Part shown: one piece after another, positions 55,649 through 64,000 of the stretch
Layout: every line of letters begins with the position of its first letter
How positions within the stretch are numbered: the stretch's first letter is position 1
Assembly (NCBI GenBank): GCA_965223425.1
Contig: OZ245003.1
Span: 320,001-384,000 of the forward strand
DNA: 64,000 nucleotides
Reading direction: 5' to 3'
Source of the DNA: Nitrosopumilus sp.
Lineage (GTDB): Archaea; Thermoproteota; Nitrososphaeria; Nitrososphaerales; Nitrosopumilaceae
Translations under genes and position numbers: made by a program
Notes under the pieces: model-generated
The model's database searches: none
What the model was told of the DNA's origin: nothing
What the model saw: the letters and a program-made list of their open reading frames with translations, nothing else

Positions 55649-56395
55649 ATGGTTAAAATTGCGAAATTACGCATACATGTTGCCCCCGTAGGCTATGAAA
55701 TCGACAGGATCGTCCTTCCTGCAAAGCAGGAAAAGGCCGACAAGGTATGGCTGCTGATTCACGAAAATAGGAGCGAAGACAAGGCAGTCCCGTTTATCTC
55801 AAAAATTACAAGACAATTAGAAAAATCAGGAATTGAGACAGTTCAGGAATCTCATAACAGGCGTGATTTATTTCAAATTATTCGTACGGTGAAAAACATT
55901 CTGGAAAAAGAAAAGCAAAATGACGTCTATGTTAATTTGGCATCCGGCTCCAAAATACAAGCAATTGGAACCATGATGGCATGCATGATGTTCAATGATG
56001 ACTCTAACATCCATCCGTTTTATGTGGAGGCAAAAAATTATCCTGGATTTGAAGGAAAAACGCCACTATCTACAGGAATTAAAGAAATCCAAAATGTTCC
56101 ACCCTATTCCATAAAAATACCTGATCAAAAATTAGTTGCGGCGTTAAAAATCATTAAGGAGAATGGTGGAGAAATCACAAAAAAACAAATGGCAGATTTG
56201 GCCGAAAAACATGATCTAATCTCTGTCAATGCAAGAGATGAGGAACACCGCTCCATGGTAAGGTTCACTAGTCTTGACAAGAATATTATTCAGCCGCTAG
56301 AAGAATGGGGATTTGTTAAAATCAAAAAAATTGGAAGAAACAGATGGATAAAAATGACTCAGGAAGGACAAAATGCCTCAGAATTTTTAATTTAA
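55649..56395 (+). CDS. DUF6293/HFX_2341-like CARF-domain + wHTH transcriptional regulator (Csa3-like architecture)
   Basis: RIHVAPVGYEIDR, ADKVWL, VYVNLASGSK CARF motif; C-terminal wHTH PLEEWGFVKIKKIGR...TQEG. Confidence 0.82.
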   Translation: MVKIAKLRIHVAPVGYEIDRIVLPAKQEKADKVWLLIHENRSEDKAVPFISKITRQLEKSGIETVQESHNRRDLFQIIRTVKNILEKEKQNDVYVNLASGSKIQAIGTMMACMMFNDDSNIHPFYVEAKNYPGFEGKTPLSTGIKEIQNVPPYSIKIPDQKLVAALKIIKENGGEITKKQMADLAEKHDLISVNARDEEHRSMVRFTSLDKNIIQPLEEWGFVKIKKIGRNRWIKMTQEGQNASEFLI

Positions 56396-56475
56396 CTGGT
56401 TTTTAAAACGGCGTGAAATTACTGCTGCGCTACGGATCAAGAACCCGTCTGTCCTTTTAGGTCATAACCATCATC

Positions 56476-56931
56476 TTGAAGGAAGTCATTATGGAAAAAT
56501 ATGTAGATGTTACAGCCGTGATGATGAGAATGCCAATCTGTCTTGAAAAGGAAAAACTTGAGAACTTTTATAGAAAAAATAGATATGATATTATGGGAAA
56601 AATGACTGCAGAAAAATTTGAAGGATATTTCCAGCAATGGTTAGAAGAAATACAAAAACCAGAAATTATGATTAGCTCAGATACTGCTGACTATATTAAT
56701 AATGAACCATACCAAAAAATTATCAAACTTGGAAAAGACTCACTACCTTCCATAATGAATAAAATTGCACAAGGATATTTCTTCTTAAATCATGCAGTTT
56801 CTGAAATTACTGGAAAAAAAATATCTGAAATCATCTCTGGTGGAATGACACCAACTTCACAACAAGAAATTTCAAGATTATGGTTAATGTGGTGGAAAAA
56901 GCAAAAACACACCAGAAGAACCTTCTTTTAA
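56476..56931 (+). CDS. Hypothetical helical protein
   Basis: 151 aa; PYQKIIKLG..SLP.I...AVSEITG...WL.WW tail. Confidence 0.6.
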   Translation: MKEVIMEKYVDVTAVMMRMPICLEKEKLENFYRKNRYDIMGKMTAEKFEGYFQQWLEEIQKPEIMISSDTADYINNEPYQKIIKLGKDSLPSIMNKIAQGYFFLNHAVSEITGKKISEIISGGMTPTSQQEISRLWLMWWKKQKHTRRTFF

Positions 56932-57548
56932 ATCCCCGATAAAGATTTTTTATTCAATACACCTAGATAAAACACTTTCACCTGATGGTATCCTACAATC
57001 CAAGATATTTTCTGATACTCGCAAATTCATTAAAATTGATGATAATATTCTTGAAGAAAAAGACTGGTAATGTTTTAGACTTTTGTAAAGATAAATTTGA
57101 ACTGTGGATCTCATATTCTTATCTAAATTATAAAATTTTTTCAAACAACGTGAGCAGACATCTTTGTAACGTTCTTTAAGACAGGTTTACCAAATGTCTA
57201 GATTGTGGAGATATTCCCAAAAGCAAATATGTTATTAAAAAGTATCCAGTGTTTTTAATAATAAATGATATTTGTATTCTATTTTCACTGGATATCATAT
57301 ATCATGGTTTCAATTATCAGGCGTAAAAAAGGCAAAAACAAATATTGCATACTGATATACAATACAGGAAAACATCAGCATGAAAAATATCAGTGTCTCT
57401 TGGGAACCGAGTGGATGGGAAAGATCAGTGCCAGAGATTGGTACGCTGAACATGTCAGAATACACAGACACATTCAAAATTATCCATAATGTCGATTTTT
57501 TCTAATTGATAGTTTTTCAACTCTGAGCTCTATCAAAATCAGAATAGG

Positions 57549-58142
57549 ATGAAATTAATTCAGCGAATTTCAAACTCTGCACTTGCAAAGCCTGCCACCC
57601 TTGTATCGTTTGTTTCAATCTTGGCAGTAATTGGCCCCGTTGTGGTGGTTTTGGCAGGGTTTTGGGACGCCATATCCCATCTCCAAAAGGAACCAGAATT
57701 TTTCTGGAGCATACAACACATCATAGTATACTCGGGAGTGTCAATGACTAGCTGCGCTGCCATGGTGGGCTGCATTCTTTTATCTAGAAAATCAGTTCAC
57801 GGTTCCCTTAAAACAGGAATTAAACTCGTTATTGCCGGCTCGATAATTCAAATAATTTCAGGCTTTGGAGACTCTTTATCTCATGAAGTTTTTGGAATTG
57901 ATGGATTGGTATCTTGGTCACATCAGCCCCTCGAGTTTGGGCTTGTTCTTGCGTCCTTGGGAGGAGTCCTGATAGTAAAAAACAGAGAACACACAAACCT
58001 CAAAGCGCTTCTTCCCTTCTCCATTGCGGCATTCTTGTTTTTTGCAACGTGGCTAATCTTTAACTTGGTTCTAGTGTTTGGCCATACCATACAATGCATT
58101 CCTGTCTATGAGATCTTCTCCTCAGGCTGTGCCATACTGTAA
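57549..58142 (+). CDS. Multi-TM hypothetical protein
   Basis: WDAISH...FFW..H and DSLSH..FGIDGL..WSH His-rich membrane motifs. Confidence 0.7.
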   Translation: MKLIQRISNSALAKPATLVSFVSILAVIGPVVVVLAGFWDAISHLQKEPEFFWSIQHIIVYSGVSMTSCAAMVGCILLSRKSVHGSLKTGIKLVIAGSIIQIISGFGDSLSHEVFGIDGLVSWSHQPLEFGLVLASLGGVLIVKNREHTNLKALLPFSIAAFLFFATWLIFNLVLVFGHTIQCIPVYEIFSSGCAIL

Positions 58143-58600
58143 TTTTTTATTCTCAGATATGACATTATCATCACAGTGACGGCCCCCACCAATATCAAGA
58201 CTCCTGCAGGAGTCATCTGTTGAGAATTTGTATTTCCAAACTCTACTTCTAAACTGGTCTGACTTTCTGAAATATTTGTAATTCTTACAGTGTATGTGCC
58301 ATCTTCATCAAAATCAAAATACCCCACTGACATTTTTGTCTGAATCTTCTGTTCTTGTATTACGTTGCCCCTGATATCTAATATCTGAACAAACACCTCC
58401 TCTCCTGAAAATTCTGGCATGTATACCTTGTAAAAGCCGACATCTGCACCTGTGAATTCTGCCTTTAATTCAAAAGAGTTTGAGTGTTTTAGCACTACTG
58501 TTTCATCATGCATTTTCTCAGTTTCAACAAAAACAAAGGAAATCCAAACGGTTCCTATGCTGATTAGCACCAGTCCCAGTTTGAATAGTGAAACTCTCAC
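58106..58600 (-). CDS. Hypothetical protein with N- and C-terminal TM helices and a beta-rich domain
   Basis: 164-aa ORF. Confidence 0.7.
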   Translation of the reverse strand: MRVSLFKLGLVLISIGTVWISFVFVETEKMHDETVVLKHSNSFELKAEFTGADVGFYKVYMPEFSGEEVFVQILDIRGNVIQEQKIQTKMSVGYFDFDEDGTYTVRITNISESQTSLEVEFGNTNSQQMTPAGVLILVGAVTVMIMSYLRIKNYSMAQPEEKIS

Positions 58601-58642
58601 TTCATCTAGATGAAATGTTGTTTGCCTAATAAGATAATCTAA

Positions 58643-58717
58643 AGGGCTCGGAGGGCTTCGATCCCTCGACCTGGCGGTCCGAAGCCGCCTGCACTATCCA
58701 GGCTGTGCAACGAGTCC
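58643..58717 (-). tRNA. tRNA-Arg(TCG)
   Basis: Cloverleaf: D-stem GCAC/GTGC, anticodon arm GGCGG-CTTCGGA-CCGCC, T-arm GAGGG/CCCTC. Confidence 0.9.
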
Positions 58718-58761
58718 AAAGAAGTAAGATTTTAACAGGCCTAAATATCTGTCTAGATACT

Positions 58762-59937
58762 TTGAAGGTATCAAAAAAAGTTGCAGGTGTCGAGTATGCA
58801 ATTCGGGATATCGTTTTGGCTGCTAGAAAAGTGCAACAAAAAGGAATGCATGTTGACTATCTCAACATTGGCGATCCTGTGCAATTTGGTTTTCAGCCAC
58901 CTGACAACGTTAAACAGGCTTTGATTGACGCAATTAACAAGGGAGAGAACTACTATTCCACATCTGAGGGCCTCTTGGAGCTAAGACAAGAGATTGCAAA
59001 CAAAGAAAATGCAAAGGGGCTCTCAATTTCAGCTGATGATGTTTTGGTTACCAACGGCGTTTCTGAAGGGCTTGACATGGTAATTTCTTCAATTGTAGAA
59101 GAAGGCGATGAAGTGCTGTTGCCAGGTCCGTATTATCCGCCATACGCATCATATGTGCGACTCCATGGCGGTATTCCTGTGGAATTTGCAGTTGATTTGA
59201 ACAACTCCACTCCTGACATTGATGATATCAAATCCAAAATTACTTCAAAGACTGTCGCCATTTGTTTGATCAGTCCAAACAATCCCACAGGTGTGGTCTT
59301 CAACGAGAGTTCTCTCAAAGAACTGGTAGATATTGCAAACCAACACAGTCTCTACATAATATGTGATGAAATTTATGATCAGATTGTTTTTGATGAAAAA
59401 TTTGTGGGAATTGGCAGGGTCGCAAAAGACTCGCCGGTAATTGTTCTAAACGGATTCTCAAAAGTTCATCTCATGTCTGGCTGGAGAATTGGCTATGTTG
59501 CATTTAATCAATCGCCACAACTTGAGGCAGTTAGAGAAAACCTTCCAAAGCTGGCAAGAGTTAGGATTGCAGCTAACCTACCGGTTCAACATGCAGCTTT
59601 GGAGTCACTTCGCGGTCCGCAAGATTACATTGCTGACTTTGTATCTGAACTCAAAAAACGAAGGGACCTGGTCGTAAAACGCCTCAATGAAATGCCTGGT
59701 ATTTCTTGCGCTAATCCAAAAGGCGCATTTTATGCATTTCCAAAGATTGAGGAGAACAAATTTGGTACAGACAAGGAATTTGTTACAAAACTTTTAGAAA
59801 CAAAAGGTGTGCTGACTGTTCACGGTTCCGGGTTTGGAGCACAGTTTGGAGGCGGGCATTTTAGACTTGTTTATCTTCCCAGTCTTAAAGTATTGGATTC
59901 TGCAATGGACAAAATTGAAGACTTTGCTAGTCAGTAA
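58762..59937 (+). CDS. Class I/II PLP aminotransferase (alanine/aspartate type)
   Basis: LNIGDP, SPNNPTG, DEIY, GFSKVHLMSGWRIGY; start moved to TTG 58762 to avoid the tRNA. Confidence 0.92.
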   Translation: MKVSKKVAGVEYAIRDIVLAARKVQQKGMHVDYLNIGDPVQFGFQPPDNVKQALIDAINKGENYYSTSEGLLELRQEIANKENAKGLSISADDVLVTNGVSEGLDMVISSIVEEGDEVLLPGPYYPPYASYVRLHGGIPVEFAVDLNNSTPDIDDIKSKITSKTVAICLISPNNPTGVVFNESSLKELVDIANQHSLYIICDEIYDQIVFDEKFVGIGRVAKDSPVIVLNGFSKVHLMSGWRIGYVAFNQSPQLEAVRENLPKLARVRIAANLPVQHAALESLRGPQDYIADFVSELKKRRDLVVKRLNEMPGISCANPKGAFYAFPKIEENKFGTDKEFVTKLLETKGVLTVHGSGFGAQFGGGHFRLVYLPSLKVLDSAMDKIEDFASQ

Positions 59938-60332
59938 CTCCAAACTGAAAATTTTTCGGGAACTATTTCTATGATACAGTCAGTATCATCAAGTAATTCT
60001 TTTGCCGACCTGTTATTTAGGGTCCTAAAGTATCTTAAGAGAATTTTTCTTGCAATTGTTTTTACTTTGTTTTTCTCTAAAATCAAATTAGCATTTCCCT
60101 GTCCCATGACTCCGTAAATATTCGGGGCATTGATGCCGACATCCACACAAAACGAAACACGCTTGTTTCTTTTTGCATTTTTAGCCTTTTCTGTCTTGGT
60201 GTTTGTCCCTATGTAGATCTTTTTTCCAGCATACACATACCAAACAGGAGCGATGTGTGGAGTTTTGTTTTTGCCAACAGTTGCAAGCCGCAATACCTTC
60301 TGTGATCTTAGAAACTCATCTCTTTTGCTCAT
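59931..60332 (-). CDS. Pyridoxamine 5'-phosphate oxidase-like (split barrel) protein
   Basis: LRLATV...PHIAPVWY...KAKN..RNKRVSFCVD. Confidence 0.85.
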   Translation of the reverse strand: MSKRDEFLRSQKVLRLATVGKNKTPHIAPVWYVYAGKKIYIGTNTKTEKAKNAKRNKRVSFCVDVGINAPNIYGVMGQGNANLILEKNKVKTIARKILLRYFRTLNNRSAKELLDDTDCIIEIVPEKFSVWSY

Positions 60333-60549
60333 GTTTTCTAAATCCCCACGCTATCATAAAAATCCCAAAGCCTAACATTGCCATTGAGATTTTTTCATTT
60401 GTTATTTCGGCATTAAACAGGAATTCTTCAACAAAGGCTGGTCCCCATATTAATAACTGCCTGACTAGCACAATTCCTGCCATTACAGAAAAAAGAACAC
60501 CGATTGCCGTAAACCAATTCCTGCCCCTCCTGTAGTATTCGTGACTCAT
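60316..60549 (-). CDS. Small two-TM hypothetical protein
   Basis: 77 aa, in an apparent operon with its neighbours. Confidence 0.65.
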   Translation of the reverse strand: MSHEYYRRGRNWFTAIGVLFSVMAGIVLVRQLLIWGPAFVEEFLFNAEITNEKISMAMLGFGIFMIAWGFRKHEQKR

Positions 60550-60568
60550 GATAAGTGAAAAAACTGAC

Positions 60569-61240
60569 CTAGATAATTTTGATACCTGGATTTTTTATCT
60601 TGTTTCTTATCATTGCATTTAGAAGAAGCGGTGTAGACATTTCTGCAAAATAAGACAGTTCTATTGGACCCAAGTAAATTGGTCGCAGTCCCTTGATTTC
60701 ATTAATCAATCCATTTACTACCTGAACTGACTCGTCATCATCCCCACACACAAAGATGTCGTAGTCAAGTTCCATGGTTGGATTGACTAGCTTCTTTTCT
60801 GAAATCACATGAAATGCTGAAACAAGCTTTGATTTATCCTTCATGTGGTTTGCCACCAGTTGGTATGAAAATGGCTTGTTTTCTTTAACTGACACACATT
60901 CAAATCCAACATCTGTCTTTGTCATTGGAACAATCGGAGATACAACAACGCAGCCATCTTTGATCTCAGGCAATATTCCAGAACACGTTGAATCTATGTT
61001 CTCGTATGGAATTGATAAAATCAAAACATCACTTTCTTTTGCAACTGAAAGATTGTCACTTCCAGAAACAGTTCCCTCCATTTCTCCAAATGCCTGTTTT
61101 GCAAGATTAACGTATTCTGCAGCCGAGTCTGCTGCCCGTCTGGCGTCTCTTGAACCTACAATTACATCATGATTCTGAGACCACCTTAGCGCAAAGCCTT
61201 TTCCCATCCCGCCTGTTCCGCCAATAATCCCCACTTTCAT
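60569..61240 (-). CDS. npdG: NADPH-dependent F420 reductase
   Basis: MKVGIIGGTGGMGKG, VGSRD, VSAFH, VCGDD. Confidence 0.9.
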   Translation of the reverse strand: MKVGIIGGTGGMGKGFALRWSQNHDVIVGSRDARRAADSAAEYVNLAKQAFGEMEGTVSGSDNLSVAKESDVLILSIPYENIDSTCSGILPEIKDGCVVVSPIVPMTKTDVGFECVSVKENKPFSYQLVANHMKDKSKLVSAFHVISEKKLVNPTMELDYDIFVCGDDDESVQVVNGLINEIKGLRPIYLGPIELSYFAEMSTPLLLNAMIRNKIKNPGIKII

Positions 61241-61291
61241 GATAATCCATCTGATAATGTTATTATTATCTCTATTTGAAGTTCGATCAGG

Positions 61292-61915
61292 TTGGGACAG
61301 ATTATTTTTCTCAGACACGGTCAGGCAAAAAACAATGTTGATAGAATTTTGGCTGGCAGAACAGGAGGTGTTCCATTAACTGATGTTGGAATAAAGCAAG
61401 CTGAACATACTTCTGAGCTGCTCAAACACATGAATGTTTCTGCGATTTATTCAAGTCCTGTCGAACGGGCAAAGCATACTGCAGAAATTGTTGGAAAAAA
61501 TAATTCCCTTGATGTTACAACTGATGAGCGTCTAAACGAACTTGACATGGGCAAATTCACTGGAATGCCATATGATGAAATTTTTAACAGTCACGGTAAT
61601 GTCTTTATGAAGTTCTATAATGGCGAACTTGAGATTGCTCACAATGGAGTAGAAACTTTCTCAGAAGTCAAGAAACGAATCTTAGGAATAGTTGATCATG
61701 TAACTGAAAAACATCCTGGCAAGAACGTGTTGCTTGTAACCCATATGGAACCAATCAAGGCGATGCTCTCAACCATCGTTGATTTGTCTCCTACGAATCT
61801 CCTTGAGCTAATAATTGCAAATGCCTCTCTTAACATCTTTCGAGAAAAGGATGGCAAGTTTTCACTTTCGGGACTTAATGTAATGCATCCGTCACGTTTC
61901 GATCAAGGTTGGTAG
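61292..61915 (+). CDS. Histidine phosphatase family protein
   Basis: RHG, SSP..RA..TA, LNELDMG, LVTH. Confidence 0.9.
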   Translation: MGQIIFLRHGQAKNNVDRILAGRTGGVPLTDVGIKQAEHTSELLKHMNVSAIYSSPVERAKHTAEIVGKNNSLDVTTDERLNELDMGKFTGMPYDEIFNSHGNVFMKFYNGELEIAHNGVETFSEVKKRILGIVDHVTEKHPGKNVLLVTHMEPIKAMLSTIVDLSPTNLLELIIANASLNIFREKDGKFSLSGLNVMHPSRFDQGW

Positions 61916-61971
61916 CTAATAATCTTGAAAACCCTTAAATAGAAATTATAGGGCACGTCAGTCAATCGCTA

Positions 61972-62232
61972 ATGAAGGGTATGGTCGGGTTATTCTTAGT
62001 ATTGGCAGTTTTAGTAATGATTCCAGCTTTAGAGTCAGCGTTTGCTGCCGGCGACGAACCTGGAGAATATCTTGACCGCAGAGTGATTATTTGGAATTTG
62101 TTCTTTAGAATGATGACTGTTGCATTTACAGTTGGTGCCGTAGTTTCAGGAACAATTATCTGGCTATGCTGGAGGTTTAGGGAATCCCATCCAAAGGCAA
62201 CACCAACTGCATATGAGGGGAAGGACTGGTAG
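61972..62232 (+). CDS. Cytochrome c oxidase subunit II N-terminal membrane part (split coxB)
   Basis: IWNLF...CWRFRE pattern; 2 bp upstream of the cupredoxin gene. Confidence 0.7.
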   Translation: MKGMVGLFLVLAVLVMIPALESAFAAGDEPGEYLDRRVIIWNLFFRMMTVAFTVGAVVSGTIIWLCWRFRESHPKATPTAYEGKDW

Positions 62233-62234
62233 AA

Positions 62235-62666
62235 ATGGGTGGACATTCTAACTGGCCTGAATGGATTTATGTCGCTATCGTAATTGCATTGATGACGTGG
62301 GTAGGAGCAGAAGCATGGGAGGCAGAAAGGCTCATAGAGCATGTTCCTGAGGATGCCGAAGTCATCAAGGTAACCGGACAACAGTGGTTCTGGACATTTG
62401 AACACGAAGACGGGACAAAAGAAATTGGCGAGCTTCATGTTGAAGTCGGAAAGGCCTACAAATTTGAGATAATGGCAACAGATGTTATTCATTCTTTTAA
62501 TATTCATGACTATGTTGTTTTGATGGATGCAGTTCCAGGCAGAGTCAATACTGTATGGTTTGCACCAGATGCGCCGGGAGTTCATGACATTCAATGCAGA
62601 GAATATTGCGGATTAATTCACTATAACATGCGTGGAACCCTATATGTGGAGGAACCATCCTTATGA
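62235..62666 (+). CDS. coxB: Cytochrome c oxidase subunit II, CuA cupredoxin domain
   Basis: GQQWFW, DVIHSF, CREYCGLIHYNM CuA ligands. Confidence 0.93.
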   Translation: MGGHSNWPEWIYVAIVIALMTWVGAEAWEAERLIEHVPEDAEVIKVTGQQWFWTFEHEDGTKEIGELHVEVGKAYKFEIMATDVIHSFNIHDYVVLMDAVPGRVNTVWFAPDAPGVHDIQCREYCGLIHYNMRGTLYVEEPSL

Positions 62667-62715
62667 TAACATTATTGTTACGATTTGTCAGCATTTCAAG
62701 TGAGGAGATCAACTG

Positions 62716-64000
62716 ATGGTTCTAGAATTCCAAAAACCACGTCCAATTTGGCAAATAATGTTTTCAACGCATCACACTGACGTTGGATTGCTCTATCTTA
62801 TTTCATCACTGGCGTTCTTGTTCCTGGGCGGCACACTGGCACTTGCAATCCGGGCAGAATTGTTCCTACCGGGCTCGCAAATCATTGCAGACTCTATGAC
62901 CTTTAACAGAATATTTACCGTTCACGGTACGACGTTAATCTTCTTGTTTATCATTCCTTTTGCGTCTGCAGTTGGTAACTACTTTGTTCCAATAATGGTT
63001 AGATACAAAGATATGGCATATCCAAAACTTAACGCAATTGCGTTTTGGATGATTCCGCCTGCCGGTGCACTCATCTGGTTGGGCTTTGCAGATTTTACAT
63101 GGTATGCAACTCCTCCGTATTCTATTATCAGCGCCCCCGGTCCGGCAGCTGACATGTGGATATTCGGACTAAAGATTCTGGGCATCTCATCAGTGCTTGG
63201 TGCAATCAACTTTGTTGTAACAATTCTCAAATGCAAGCACCCAGACATGTCAATTGGCCAGGTACCACTATTGGCATGGTCCTTTCTGTCATCATCTCTG
63301 ATTATCCTTGTCGCAATTCCGACATTTGCAGCAGCCCTCCTGATGCTTTTAACTGACAGGCTCGGCGTAAGCGGATTCTTCAATCCTGCAATGGGCGGAG
63401 ACCCGATTGCCTATGCGCATTTGTTCTGGTTTACATTCCATCCAGAAGTTTACGTTTTGGTAATTCCGGCAATTGGCATGATGTATGAGATTATTCCAAG
63501 ATTTTCAAGAAAACCAATTTACAGCTACAACTCTGGCGTCTTTGCATTTGTGCTGCTATCCATTGTCGGTTTTTCATCATGGGCGCACCACATGTATGCA
63601 ACCGGAATGTCATTTACCGAAAAAACAGTCTTTATGGTGGGAACTCTTGCAGCGGTTCCAGCATCTGCCATGCACGTGTTCAACTTTATTGCAACAATGT
63701 GGAACGGCAGAATAAGATTCTCAACGCCGATGATGTGGGCAGTTGGCGGAATTGCATTGTTCTTCTCTGCAGGCGCAGGCGGCGTAGTAAACAGCGCGAT
63801 GCCATTGGACTTTTCGACACATGATACATACTGGGTAGTTGGTCACTTCCACCTCTTTGTGATGGGCACTATTGCATTTGGCTCCATCGGTTATCTCTAC
63901 TACATGTTCCCATATGTAACAGGTAGAATGTACAATGAAACTATGGGCAAGATCCACTTTTTGCTGTCATTTGTAGGAACTATTTTGGTATTCTTTACGC
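62716..64000 (+). CDS. coxA: Heme-copper oxidase subunit I, partial (runs off the window)
   Basis: MVLEFQKPRP..STHHTDVG, TVHG, WFTFHPEVY, WAHH, HDTYWVVGHFH. Confidence 0.95.
   Translation, partial: MVLEFQKPRPIWQIMFSTHHTDVGLLYLISSLAFLFLGGTLALAIRAELFLPGSQIIADSMTFNRIFTVHGTTLIFLFIIPFASAVGNYFVPIMVRYKDMAYPKLNAIAFWMIPPAGALIWLGFADFTWYATPPYSIISAPGPAADMWIFGLKILGISSVLGAINFVVTILKCKHPDMSIGQVPLLAWSFLSSSLIILVAIPTFAAALLMLLTDRLGVSGFFNPAMGGDPIAYAHLFWFTFHPEVYVLVIPAIGMMYEIIPRFSRKPIYSYNSGVFAFVLLSIVGFSSWAHHMYATGMSFTEKTVFMVGTLAAVPASAMHVFNFIATMWNGRIRFSTPMMWAVGGIALFFSAGAGGVVNSAMPLDFSTHDTYWVVGHFHLFVMGTIAFGSIGYLYYMFPYVTGRMYNETMGKIHFLLSFVGTILVFFT

Noticed and set aside
56950-57489. Short AT-rich ORFs, one resembling the N-terminus of archaeal Fic-type proteins (MVSIIRRKKGKNKY)
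   Set aside because: Too short and degenerate; no Fic motif visible
58705-58761. N-terminal extension of the aminotransferase given by the ORF track
   Set aside because: Overlaps the tRNA gene and its upstream region; TTG 58762 is the more plausible start
61972-62666. Split coxB as a frameshifted pseudogene or a novelty
   Set aside because: Both ORFs have clean starts and stops; as I recall this arrangement is normal in Nitrosopumilaceae

Overview
Archaeal (Nitrosopumilaceae / Thaumarchaeota-like) chromosome segment, judged from core genes at 42.9-46.8 kb and 57.5-64 kb (PGI/PMI, mtnA, npdG, split coxB + coxA, tRNA-Arg). About 1-41.5 kb is a surface-glycan locus: Wzx-like flippase, UDP-sugar dehydrogenase, epimerase, DegT aminotransferase, hexapeptide acetyltransferase, methyltransferase, AglH/GT4, DUF354 and three paralogues of an unusual GT-A-like family. 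It is heavily invaded by IS5, IS630, ISH3, IS66, IS110/IS1111 and IS481 elements, including two three-deep nests. About 49.4-57.5 kb is an accessory/defence island. Most notable observations: (1) an IS1111-type element inserted into the terminal inverted repeat of another IS, whose 3' non-coding region contains a readable bridge/seekRNA target loop matching that TIR; (2) a DUF6293 CARF-wHTH regulator divergent from a translationally coupled PIN / two micro-ORF / small membrane protein / beta-CASP nuclease operon, a candidate defence or stress system; (3) IS630-family elements that duplicate non-TA dinucleotides. All calls are from manual reading of the sequence and the ORF track; no database searches or folding programs were run.
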